A stretch of 64,000 bases of DNA from Elsinoe ampelina (taxonomy: Eukaryota), in assembly GCA_010093995.1 (NCBI GenBank), contig ML992501.1, positions 2,359,320 to 2,423,319 of the forward strand, given 5' to 3'. Positions within the stretch are counted from its first letter, which is position 1, and each line of letters starts with the position of its first letter. This document shows positions 37,381 to 49,725 of the stretch, piece after piece. The notes beneath the pieces were generated by a model. The model made no database searches. It was not told where the DNA came from and saw only the letters and a list, made by a program, of their open reading frames with translations. The position numbers were made by a program, and so were the translations under genes.

Positions 37381-39830
37381 CTATGCCAGCTCCATCAAAT
37401 CCCCATCGTCCAAACCCCCATACTCATCCCCCTCCATCTCCGCCTCCCTCATCGCCACGTCACCCGCTCCGCCACCAAACTCTTCCCCCCCCTCCTCCTC
37501 CCCATTCAACCTCCTCTCCCTCACCACCTCCTTGGCCTGCTTCTCCTTATGCCTCCTCAAATCCTCCAAACTCCACGTCGACACCCCATCCTGCATCTTC
37601 GCGGGGAACGGCGCCGCCATCTGCTTGAGAAACTTCTTGGCCGCGGCCACAGCCTGATCCACGCTCAGATTCGCGTCCGAATCATGCAGCGCCGAGTTGA
37701 TCCACTTGGGCAACTGCGTCTTCTTCTTCCCGAACCGGCGGTCCGCGAGCACCATGATGCCGTAATCGTCTTTGCCCCGCAACACACGGCCCAGGCATTG
37801 CGCGGCGTGCCGCATGGCGTCGAAGGAGAGGAAGTCGTTCTCGCGGATGTGGTAGTTCTCGCGGAGGAACTCGAGGCGGGCTTTGAGGATGCGGCTTTCG
37901 GTGTATTGGAAGGGGACGCCGATGCAGAGCACCGTGCGCCCGTAGTGGTGGTCGAAGTCGATGCCTTCGGAGACTTTACCGCGGGCGACGCAGAGGAAGA
38001 CGGCGCCGCGGCCGTTGGTGCAGGCGGTGCGGTAGGATTCGAGCGCGAGGGACGTTTCGTGGCTGTCGGGGGTTTCGACGAGGATGAGTTTGCTGTTCCA
38101 GACTTGGTCGAGGACGCCCATGCCTTTCCACATGGAGACGATGGATTCCATGTAGAGATACGAGGGGAAGAAGACGACCATGCCGTCGGGTGTGAGTTTG
38201 GAGAACTCGATGAGGAGGTTACCGTAGTTGCGCACAACGGAGGGGTCGTTGCGGATTTGGAAGGAGGAGGAGATGGAGCCTTGGTCGGAGCCTCGGGTGA
38301 CGACGAGGGGGAGGAAGGAGCGGCGGGCGAGGGTCATGGCGTAGGACTCTTGGACTACTGTGTTGAAGCCGAGCATTTTGGGGTACATCTCAAGAGGAGA
38401 GATGGTCCCGGATGTGATGATGACGGAGCTGAAGCGATCAAAGACTGGTTTGATAGCGATGGCTGCGTCTAAGCATGTGAAGTGGAGGATAGGGTTGGGA
38501 ACAGTGGCTGTCTCGCTTTCGTATGGTTCCTACGATAGAGGTGAGTCATGGACCAGAAACGAGTAAGTCATGGTCTTACCAGAATGAGAAGAAAGCCAGT
38601 CTCGTAGGTAGCGATTAGTGTGGCAAACGTAGCAACCTCCTGAAGCGGTTGATAGTCTTCGATGCTCGTAAGCTCCAAAGTACGCACCAGTGAGGTCAGT
38701 CTCTCAGCACAAAATCGTAACGGCTTCCTCTCGATGAACGTGAGCTCCCGAAGATGCTGTAGGAACGATGGTGGTGTTTCTGAAATGACATGGAGGACTT
38801 TCATCCTTGTCTTCAGATACTCCACAAATCGTTTCAGGAACGAAATGAAGTGTTCTGCTCTCCTAATATTGCCAGGTACTGCCTCCTTCAGCAGATCCTC
38901 TGGCAGTGCTGGGTTGGACATGAATGCCCCCTCATCCCGGGCCTCATCAGCCTCTCGAAGTCCTTGTACCAATTTCGCATACTCGTTTTGTAGCTTTGCA
39001 GCATCTGTCGACTTCATCTCTGTGATCTTTCTCTCCAAGTTTTGTGCTCCACGGGCGGCCTTTCGTAACGAGTCCTCTGTGAGGTCTATCGATAACGACT
39101 CGATACACACATTGTCGATGTTGTGTGCCTCGTCAAACACAACGATACAGTCCTTCGACAGCTCTCTCGATACTCGCTCGGCGATCTTGGGATCCAGCAG
39201 GTAGTGGTAAGAGTAAATGATGACATTGCAGAAGGGCATCATCCGTCGAGCTGTGAAGTAGGGACATTGCTTCTGCTGTTCACCATATCTCAGCATGCCG
39301 TCTATCGTCCATACCCCTGAGGGAATGAGGTTGTGTGGTTCCAGTAGATCCAGATTCTCATGATAGACGCACAAGTCTACGTCCTCGCCTCGATCTTTTT
39401 TCTCCTTCACAAAGCCAGCAGTCAGCGAGCGACATCGTGCATCAACAACAGAACCAGCCTTCTCCCTCCGTACTGATGGATGCAGACACAAGTTCTTCCG
39501 CGAAGTAAGTCCCAGGCCTCGAAAGTCTTCCTCCTTACCAAGCTGCTCTGCCCGATATTTCATCAGGTTCTTCAACTCAGCCAGTGCTTTCTCGATCTCA
39601 GACATCGTTCTCGAACAGTAAATGAGTTTCCTGCCCTCCGGGTAGTGCTGTTGATACGCCACGATCAAAGCCAGAAGTGTGATGGTCTTGCCGGTTCCGG
39701 AAGGCATCTCAAGGACGCAGTGACCACCTGCGTCCAAAGTCTTCTTGAGATCGCACATGTAGGCATATTGTTCGGGATAGATGCGTGGGTACGGAAAGAG
39801 AATGGGTAGGTCGTCTATGAAGAACTTCAT
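37381..39830 (-). CDS. RAD3: TFIIH DNA helicase XPD/Rad3
   Basis: EMPSGTGKT, DEAH, Fe-S cluster cysteines, ARGKVSEGIDF, QCLGRVLRGK. One intron near 38530-38579. Confidence 0.97.
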
Positions 39831-40400
39831 GTTTGCAAAAGTAAAGGCACGCCCGCCCCCTCAAGACTTGCACACGACGCTAGTGAAGAACAAGATCCGT
39901 TAACCAGTCATATTCCTGGGAAGTCGAATCTGCTCTGCCGCCTGATTTAGATATGTCTGCTCCCTTCGCCGCTGCTGCCGGTGGTGGCGAAGATCCAGAA
40001 GTTCTAGTTCGCGCAACTACGGGACTTCTTGCAGATAATGCGGCTGCCTAATACTCAGATATCCTCCAGCTCCAGTGAAACGTTCATCTGCCGAACAACA
40101 TTGTTGACCGCAGATATGACATGTTGCTGACCACTCACATTGAAGCCAATTGAGGTTGCAGACACGCTTGAGCCTGATAGAGCTAGGCCACGGGATTATC
40201 CGCAGAACTTAAGCTTAAATGCGCGTCATGAACTCAAATGCGGAGAAGTCGAGCTTCACCTCGGGAATGGCCCGGCGGAGAGGACATGGTTCTCCTCTTC
40301 TCGCATCTTCTTCACGGTTCACCTGCCGCATTCCTCTCCCTCTGGGCTTCGCAAACACCTCAATCCCCTTGATACGCCTCTGATCCTCACCAACCTCACC

Positions 40401-40919
40401 ATGTCCTCCGCAACCACCGCCCGCTCCCTCCCCGTCCTCACCCAACAAGCCGCCGAGATCGCCTCCGCCGGCGCCCAAGCAAAAGCCAAAGAACTGGGCA
40501 TTGGTCCTCTCCCCCTTCTTTCCCCTCTCCTCTCCACCTTCCTAACCCTCCCAGACTTCAACATCGCCCTCGTCGACGCAACCCTTCATCTCTTACACTT
40601 CACCCGCATGCCCAACGCCAAACTCACCTCGATCCAAATCTCCATCGACAAAGCCTTCACAGCGGCCGGCCACCGCCTCCCCACCTCCGCATACCAAGGG
40701 AAGAATTTCCTCCCCGGCGGTCCGGCGTATGGGATTCACAATTCGAATGGGGGCAGGTTCTCGTTGATTGGAGGCGGTATACCGATTGTTGTGGATGGGG
40801 CGGTGGTGGGTGCAATTGGCGTGAGCACGGGGACGCCGGCGCAGGATATTGAGGTGGCGCAGGCGGGGGTGGAGGCGTTGGAGGGGTGGACGAGGAAGAG
40901 GCAGGGGGCGAAGCTGTAG
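40401..40919 (+). CDS. GlcG/HbpS-like (DUF336) haem-binding protein
   Basis: NIALVD, SIQISIDKAFTAA, GGGIPI, GAIGVSTGTPAQD. In-frame intron about 40504-40554. Confidence 0.88.
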   Translation: MSSATTARSLPVLTQQAAEIASAGAQAKAKELGIGPLPLLSPLLSTFLTLPDFNIALVDATLHLLHFTRMPNAKLTSIQISIDKAFTAAGHRLPTSAYQGKNFLPGGPAYGIHNSNGGRFSLIGGGIPIVVDGAVVGAIGVSTGTPAQDIEVAQAGVEALEGWTRKRQGAKL

Positions 40920-41125
40920 GAGGATACGAGGAGGAGGATAAAGAGGAGGACATGGGTGGGCATGATTGTATATATATATGTATGGTCACGAATGGATGAC
41001 ATTGTAAGGCTATGGATACTCGTGAAAGGCGGATACGCTTGGACAACATGTGATGCTGGTGTCGTGCATGTCGGCAGCTGCAGAATTGAAGGTTGCATGA
41101 GCTTGATGGTGTGCGACTGCAGGTC

Positions 41126-42565
41126 CTAGTCCCTGCGTGCAAGACGAGCGGGGCGAGCAGGACGAACCGGAGCAGCAGGAGCGGCAGATGGGTATGTCAC
41201 CTGCATGTTGCCTGGAAGTGTAGGAACCCCTGATGGTGTCAGTCGCTTGTTGTAGCTGTGCTCTCGTTCTCACTTACAAGCTTGGAGATCGTCCACGACG
41301 CTCTGCGCTTTGGTACACTTGTTGCCTTCGGAAAGCCTCTGAGTTGGCAGCCCGTTGCAGGATGCTAGACCGCAGCGTTGATCGACGGCTCTCTGCAGAG
41401 AGTCGCCTTTCCACCCAAAGACATAATCGGCATGGAACCCATAGCCAGTGCTGTGCGTCAATGTCAGCAGAGCTATGGTATTGTCAGAATGTTTGCGGAT
41501 TGTTGACTCACGGATCACCTTGAGCCCAGACAAATGGCTGGCTGCCATCAGTAGGCCACTCAGACTGCGGGAAGATGCCTGTATTGAAGACCGTCTCGAG
41601 CATGATCTGCGGCAGACGGACGGGGTGAGTCGAAGGGCACCCATTGTAACCGCTTCTGACATGGCTCTTGTGGTCGGCGCTATCCAAGTTCTTGCCGTCC
41701 CAGCAGCTGTTGTGGTCAGGAAACAGCTGGATCGAGCTGAGGAGATGCTGCTTACTTGGGGAAATTGATGTTGACACGAATGCCACCGGGACAGTGCTGC
41801 TTCGGAAAGACCTGAGTGTCGGTGTCGGCCACACCCATAGGGTTGGGATCGAAGGCGCCATTCGAGTAGCAGCGGTAGATGTTGTATGTGCCACTCCTGG
41901 AGTTGGCTGTCCGGACTGTAGGATCACCGACCACCATGCGGAACCCCTTGATCGTCATCAGCCATGTCATTTGTCTGCCTTGTCGTCTCACTCACAGGTG
42001 GCGGAGCAGTAATCTTGACCGAGGTGTCTTCCGGAGATGTGTAGTACACAGTGATGCCACCGGAAGCTCCAAATATGCCTTGATTGGCAATGATGGGAAC
42101 GTGTCTGAATGTGCCATTGCGAGCACGGAAGTACAAAGCTGGGTGCCAGTAGTTGGAGGCATCGTCCGTGAAGCTGCAGGAGGTGCAGGTGCTCTCGTCA
42201 CCAACGTTGCCGGTCATGGTCGCATTGAAAGCGTTCTGCTTCGTTCAATCTCAAACCTCACTAGTGAGGGCAGTCATACGTACACCTCCCACGATCTAAG
42301 ATATTGTTAGAACCATACATTGCTTGAGTATCAGTCATGTCATACCGCATGTACGTGTTGCGATGGCACCTGGCCAGGCTGCACAAGCCTGCACAAGAAG
42401 GTCAGTGAGCATTCAGTATAAGCACCCATATCAGCCCTACGGATCAAGACGCTCAATCGAATGTTGAGCACAGCCGAAACGCATCATTGCCCCGAACCCT
42501 CCACCTTGGGCACTGGCGGTACCGGCAAGAAACGCCGCCAGGGCGATGAGAGATAAATGCTCCAT
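41126..42565 (-). CDS. Secreted DUF1996 protein
   Basis: Signal peptide then MRFGC, GG.NAFN, CTSCSFTDDASNYW, GFRMVVGDP, CWDGKNLDSADHKSH, GYGFHADYVFGW. Many short introns. Confidence 0.88.
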
Positions 42566-43890
42566 CGTCCCGATGAAGACTGTGAGGCCTGCTCAAAAAA
42601 GGCAGATTGAGATTGTAAAGACTGGATGCTTCGAAGAAGCGATGAAGAGAACGACTGTGCCGAATGGGAACAAAGCCAAAGCAGAGATTGAAGTATATGC
42701 TCGATGTATGATCCACCCAATATGTCCGGATACAAAGATACCAACCTTAGCGCCCTGCAATCCTGGAGATCATTGCAAAGTCAGCAGGTATGTTTCACGA
42801 CATCCTGGTGCCACAATAGGGTTTGTTTGGTCGAGGTTCGGGACTGAGCTTGTGCAAGGCTTTTTCGTTTCACTTAGAGCTGTAGTCCCATCTGTGGCTG
42901 ATTCTTACCCGCAAGAGCGGGCGGGACATGCCAGGCAGAGAATATTCGAAATTTTCCTCACCATCCAGATCATCAGAATCTCGCGACCTTGTACCGTGTT
43001 GGCAGCCTCGTAAGGCCTGGTAGCAAAGCCTGGTAAGATCATTTGTTGTACTACCAAGCTGGTACCATCTCAATTGACGCCATGGTTCATGAGTGGCAGA
43101 TGGTAGATGGCAGCGCTCGTCAATGGCGTTCCGGAGTGCACCGCGCTCTGACCCGTCGTGAAGGTAACGTGAGGATCGGAATTGAGTGGTGGAGAGCAGT
43201 TTCTCCCATATTGGGGTCGTGGAGGTTTTCCAAGGCCAAGACGCGGTACAATCATTTCCCCAAGTATAAAACGCATATCCGAAGACCCTTAATAACACAA
43301 TGCAGCATCCTTTAGCCCAATGATTGGACATACTGACCAGTACGGCTGACAAGGATCGACCCAATATCTTGCCTTGTATGTACCTTCTGTTCTCAAAGTC
43401 CGCCTCCAAAGTTGTTTGACCCTTGAGACAAAATATGTGCCTGGTTTGCAGCTGACTTCGAATAGCGTATAGTTGGGATGTATGCTTTGGTGAGTGAGCT
43501 ATGGTCAATTCCCAGATGGCTCTCCAAAGGCCTCAACGTTTTGGTTCTGGAGAGCTGAGCTGTCTTCTCGGATGCCGCAGCCCGCTTGCTCACGCCGCAG
43601 TACGGTATAGCGACCTGCAACAGGATATTGATCAGCTCAGCGCGAAGTTCGGGGAAGTAACACGAAAGACCGCCGACACGGATGGGTACAGAATGAGGAG
43701 GTGAGAAGAGTGATCGCGGTGAATGACCAGAAGAGGTCCAAGTGACGATGCTTGCAAAGCGTGACGGACAGTCTTTCTGCTAGGCGATCAGTTTTGTACG
43801 GTACATTCCCGGACCCTATACACAATGCGAAGTATCCTAGATAGGCCTCGGTCCATCGTCGCTGTAACTCGCCCTTCGGTAACACGAGTA

Positions 43891-43904
43891 GGTTGTTGGT
43901 AGGA
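43891..43904 (+). repeat. LINE target-site duplication, left copy
   Basis: GGTTGTTGGTAGGA, identical to 51744-51757. Confidence 0.92.
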
Positions 43905-43930
43905 TTGATTGATTGATTGATTGATTGATT
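43903..43930 (-). repeat. (AATC)7 3' tail of the LINE
   Basis: (GATT)x7 on the plus strand, abutting the left TSD and overlapping it by 2 nt. Confidence 0.9.
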
Positions 43931-45520
43931 ATTTCCTACAATTCCCAAGCCGGCTAAAGGCCGGCTTATGAAGGCCAGGTCAAAATATCTCGCTACTAAT
44001 CAGAAACTACTAAAATTCAGTACGTATATATTAAATATTGCTTCCTACAAACAAACAAAAGAAATAGAAAATGAGTAAGTACTTTAACAGACAGAGTAAC
44101 CCCTGTATGCCTCCGTAACTACGCCTATTAGAGGGCACCTCTAACCCCTATTACTGTCGCTATTACCCCCTAGTTCTACCTAACTTACTCTCTCCTCTCT
44201 CTTCTACTCTACCCCCTCTCCCCCCCTATCTCTATACTACTTCCCTAAGGTCCTTTAGGTACCTAGCAGCTCTAAGCTCCTTAAATAGTATATTAGGGAG
44301 CCTTAATATCTACTTAAGCTATATATAGAACCTTTAGAGATATTTATTCTTCTTACCTTTTTAGTTTATTACTATCTATAACTTATATATACTTTTATTC
44401 CTTTCCTTTATATATTTAAGCAGTTATTATTATATATTAATTAGAATATTCTATAGTTATATACCTTTTACCTACTTCTTAGTTACTCTCTAGTTATTAT
44501 TCTATATAATAAGCTACTTACTCTTTACTAACTTAATAGTAGTAAAGGCATAGTAGTACTATAGGTCGAAGTTCTACTATTTATAGCTAACCTAGAAGAA
44601 GATCTAGGTAGAGTAGATCCTAAGCTAGATATTATATCTACTACTATATAGTATATAGTAGACCTCTTTAAGTATTACTCTTTAGTACTAGTTAGGAATT
44701 ATATCTCTCTAGTTTACTCTTATTATTACGTTCTTATAGCTAATAACATTAGGGTAGACCTATAGTCTATTCTATGCCGGAGAGTTATTTATTAAGCTTA
44801 ATAGAAAGTAGTAGAGATAAGAGGCAAGCGTAGAAGAGTTAGTAGGTAGAGGGAGTAGTAACTCTCTCTCTAGAGTAGTAGTAAGGTATCTAGTAGCCTC
44901 TCTTTCTCTCTTCTAGTCTTATAGGATACCTGTAGTAAACTACTATACCTATTCCTAGTAACTAAGCTTAATAGGGAGTGTAAGCCTTAACCTCTTTACT
45001 ACTACCTATAGGGGTCCCTCTACTAAGTCTAATATCTCTACTTACCTATAGTCGATTTAGCTAGAGTTACCTAGGATACCTACTTTATAAGTTACTTAAG
45101 CGCCTATATATTTCTTTAGTTTACTAGAACTAGGTTTTAGCTAAGAGGTAGCTACTAAAATAGCTAGTAATAGGGGGCTACTCTATGCTTCTAAGGGTAT
45201 TACTCTTTAATTCGCTAGAGTAAACTCTCTACTCTAGCTTACCTTCTATATTAGGCACCTATAGAAGTTTAGAATAGCGCTACTAATTAATTTATGTACT
45301 ATTTACTTTGTCCTAGCTATCCTTAGTACTAGGGTTAGAGTTGCCTCTTCTACTAGGCTAGGACTGCCTTCTATAGTCTTAGGGATTAAGAGCGTTAATT
45401 TCTATATATCTAAATATATAGAAGAGTATATATTTATCTATATATTAGTCTATAATAATTTAGTTTTAATATGTAAGGAGAAAGAGAGTAGGTTAGTTAA
45501 GAAAGTTATTAGGGCTTAAT

Positions 45521-45560
45521 CCCTAGCGCCGAGAGATAAGATAATCTCTCGGCGCTAGGG
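45521..45560. repeat. Perfect 17-bp inverted repeat inside the LINE 3' region
   Basis: CCCTAGCGCCGAGAGAT-aagata-ATCTCTCGGCGCTAGGG. Confidence 0.9.
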
Positions 45561-45759
45561 CGTAAGACTTATATTCTATATATATAGTCTACACTAGTAA
45601 GGTATTACCTCTTAGCGTTACTGTCTTACTATTTGCGTATAGTAATCTAAACTAGCTAGTAGTAAATCTCTATATACTAACGAAAAAGTACACTAACGCT
45701 AAGGCCTAATATAACACTACTCTAGTAATCTATATCTAATATTATATTACTTAGTATAT

Positions 45760-48700
45760 ATTATATAGAGCTTATGTTTATATCGTTATATCGCTATCTA
45801 TTCTTAGAGCGCTATAGCTATAACTATATTAATGTCCTTAAATTGCCTAAGGTAGCGTATTATAATTAAGAAGTTTACTATTCTATATATGCTTTATAGA
45901 ATAGTAAGAAGGTTTTTTATGTCGGTAGAGTTTAGCCCTTACTAAAGGTATTACTACTAGAGGTCCTTAAACTCTAGGCATTTAGTAAGAAGGTGTCTTA
46001 TAGTGTTATTTACTTCTCTATAATGTAGGCATATTAGAGTCTCTTTAAGTTATAGAGTCTATAGGAAATATTAAAGTTCTATCTTCTCTATACGTGCCTA
46101 AATAAGCGCCGACAACTTAGCCTTTCGTAATTCTCTATAAAGCTTTAGTATATCTACTATTAGCGTCCCTATTTATTTTCTAGTTAGTGCTCTAGTAGCT
46201 TCTTTAGCCTATTCTCCTCTCTACGTGTCCTTAATAAGCTAGACAATTATACGTTTAATGCTAATAACGCCGATATAGAAGTATACTAAGATAGAATTAG
46301 AGGTAGAGGCATTCTATAGTTAGATTAGGAGTATTATTACTTGTTTTACTAACTTGTCTACCTCCTTGTTACTATCGATACTAATATAGACTAGAATCTA
46401 GTATAGACTAACCTACCGTCCTTAGCTATAGATCTTGTTAATAAGTTTAATAATTGTCTAAAGGATCTACTAGGACAGCTCGAGTTATAGGTCCTATACC
46501 TACTTAAGAGCGCTTTAATTATTAGTAAAGATATAGTATATATTAGTTATATATTTAAGGAGGTACTTTTTAATGTTCTCTAGCGCTATTATAATAGCGG
46601 CTAGTTCCCCTCTATATACTATAGCGTAGAGTATAGACTCTAGGCCCTACTTAAGGTGCTTAACTTATGCTTAGTAGTAGATAACTACTATAGTACTAAC
46701 TCTTCTATCCTTTCCTAAGCCGTTAGTATATACTACTATAGCTCCCTTAGTAAGTGCCTATTACGTTAGCTAGTTATAGTACTCTATAGCTTATTCCTTA
46801 CTATTCTCGATTGTTACGACAGGTGTATTCTACTATAGCGGTGCTACGAAGAGTAGAGGCGTCTTAATAGAGAGTATAATATACTTATTAATACCTATAT
46901 TACGTTACTATACTATAATTATACTCTTCTACTAATATTCTAGCTATTAAAGGGAGCTTTAGTTCCTATATCTACGTGTTTATATAGGCCTTTTACTCCG
47001 CGCAAGTTAAATCACTAGGTGTTTATCTAGCTAGAGAAACGCTTCTAGGCCTAGCTTATCGAGGAGTTATTTAATTAGTAAGACAAATATTTCCACGTTA
47101 AGTGCTAACCTTACTATCCTCTAGAATGCTCCTATAACTACGACTAGTACTTCTACTTAGACCTATATAAGCTAGTTCTCGATTGTTATATAGTAGCTAA
47201 TACTTCTATATTTATTCGTAGAGGTATACTAGATCGAGCTAGTATATATAAGTTATAGTATAATTATAGCTTAGTATAGCTATTATAGATCGAGTGTATA
47301 GAATCTCTATGTCGAACCTATAAGAGAGTATAACCTATTAATCTATTGTTCTACTAACGTAATAATCTTCTCGATGTATAGTTTATATATAAGCGCTAAG
47401 TCGACTATAACGCCGAGAACTCTTGTCGCTTTTAATAGTTAAATTACTAGATCTTAGATTAGAAGGGGAGTAGTCGTATTAGTGTCTACTCTAGTAAAAT
47501 AGACAATAGTAAACTTCTCTAGCACAAAGATAAAGAAGTATTACATTACCTATAGTAAGAGGTAGTTAGTATAGAGTATAGCTAATATAGTACAATTGTC
47601 TACGGCTATAGGTCTCTATACTATTGCTAGAGTGTCGTCGATGTACGCTTATCTCTTTGCTCCTCTAGTTACGTTAGTAATAATATTAAGAAGAGTAGAG
47701 TTATAGAATAGATATAGAATTAGTAAGATTAGTAAGCCTTATAGTATACTCGTTAGTATCTTAAAACTCTTAGAGGTGTATTCGGGCAACTATATAATTG
47801 TACTATAGTCTAATAGCTATAACTCTATCTAATAGACTACTAGTTCGGGAATATAGTAGTAGTAGAGCTTATAGAGTATTCTTAGCTTATTAGAGTTATT
47901 AAAAGCGCTAGAGATATCGGTGTAGAGTAGAGTAGTAATAGAGTTATTAGAGTCCTTAAAGGCAGCGTATATTTATTTAAGTAGGAGGTAAAGTATGTAT
48001 TCTATACTATTCTTATAGCGTTCTCTAATATGTGTTTATAGTAACAGTTAATATGTTTCGACCTAATAGAAGAGGCGAGTTACTACTACTAGTTCTATAA
48101 CCTTACTAAGCGTCTTAAGTAGCGCTATAGGCTAGTATACCTTCGGAATAGTATAGTTGCTTTTACCTAGCTTTTAGAGTGCTACTATTAGCGATTCCTT
48201 CTAGATCCTTAGATAATATTCTAATATTAAATACTAGTTTATTACTCGTGTAAGTAGAGAGGTAATTAGCTCCTTTACCTACTAGATAGCCCTATATAGA
48301 ATACTATTCGTATCTAGTACCTTATCTAGTTTAGTCTTCGCAATTATATAGAGTACTTCCCTAAGTATAATAGGCTTAAGAGGTACCTAGGGGAGGTGCG
48401 TTATATTGTCTATCTACTCTCCTATATTAGGGGAGGTAGAGAAGAAGCTATCCTTAAGTATTCTTACTTTTACCTCTAGCTCCTCTACTATTCTCTCTCT
48501 TATATTATGTAATATAGGCGTAAACCCTCTAGCTTTCTAACTACGTATTTTAACTTACTAGTTTAACTTCTAAATTGTATTTATATTCTCTATATACTAC
48601 TAAATAGCCTCCTAGTATAGCTTTGTTAGCTCTCTCTTAAGCTCTTTTGCTTTTCTATTCCTTGCGAATCTATAGTCCTTCTAGTCGTTAGAATCTCTTA

Positions 48701-49725
48701 TCTATTGCTAGCGCTAATAGAGGCGTTCTACCTAGCGAATAATTTTCTTATACTCTAGAGTGAATTCTAGCCTTATAAAGGGCATAATCTAGGTCTCTAG
48801 AATAGTGTTCTCCGCTGCTACCTAAAACGCACTCTTAACTCTCTATAAGAGCGATTTAACGTTCTATAGCCCGATCTAGCGCTAGTATTCTTAGGGAAGT
48901 AGTAAATGCTTTTATAGCTCCTTAAGAAACTTCTCTAGCTTAGCTTTCTTCTAGCTCTATTATATGCGTATAGAAGGGGAAGATAGCTAGAGCCTTAACG
49001 TAGTTAAAATTAGCCTATAGTCGATATTCTAGTCTATATTATTATAGATAATATAGCTCTTAAGTCTCTACTAGGTTTACTATATATATAGGGTAAAGTT
49101 AATAGTTATAAATTTATTTCTCTTATTCTATATAATCTCGCTATATTAGACTAGATTATCTATTAGGTGCCTATCTATTAGCTATTTTATATACTAGCTA
49201 GCCTAGTTAGTAGTAATACTATCTCCGCCCTATAGTAGATAGTAGGTGTTAAAGTCCCTAACTATAAGGTGTTTAGTAGCAAAGTCGAGGTGTTAGTCTA
49301 GTTCTTTAAGAGAGTATAGGCTATCCTCGTAATAGTACACGTTATAGATCTAGATAGAGTAATCTATGCCCTCTTCTTCGAATCGTATCTAAAGGGATTA
49401 GACCTTATCTGTCCTATTATATACTGTCTAGTTCGCTACTAGAATTAACTTATATATAAAAAGGTATACTATAGGCTTATCTACTAGGGGGAGAATTATT
49501 TTATAGTGTCTAGGTTATAGGTAGTATATAGTTATAGAATCCCTATATAGATTAAGCTATAGCTCCTAGACAGTAATAATCGAGTAGTAAAGGTTCTATT
49601 AGTTTCTAAATAGCCTAGCTATTACTACGCGCGACTTTCTTATATTATACTATAATATTATAAGGTTTAGGTGTACTCTTATTAACTAGCGTTAGTAGCT
49701 AGGCTCTCTATTAGTGTTAGGACAT
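45760..49725 (-). pseudogene. LINE ORF2 (AP endonuclease - RT - RNase H - CCHC), RIP-mutated; ends approximate
   Basis: V*EL* (VQEPW) ~49560, VRDFNTY (GDFNAH) ~49250, Y*PIALLKTLSK ~48120, DISSAFN ~47905, SIL*GLLILLILYLFY (GIPQGSPISPILYLFY) ~47730, YIDD 47634-47645, VYTNGLG (YTDGSG) ~46720, CLHY..HLLTKC ~46000. Confidence 0.9.

Noticed and set aside
37285..38472. Long antisense ORFs over RAD3 (similar ones over the cupin, OMT and PEX7)
   Set aside because: Shadow ORFs produced by high third-position GC.
42870..43890. Minus-strand ORFs left of the LINE as a gene disrupted by the insertion
   Set aside because: Joining the flanks across the TSD gives frames with stops and no recognisable domain; cannot be supported.
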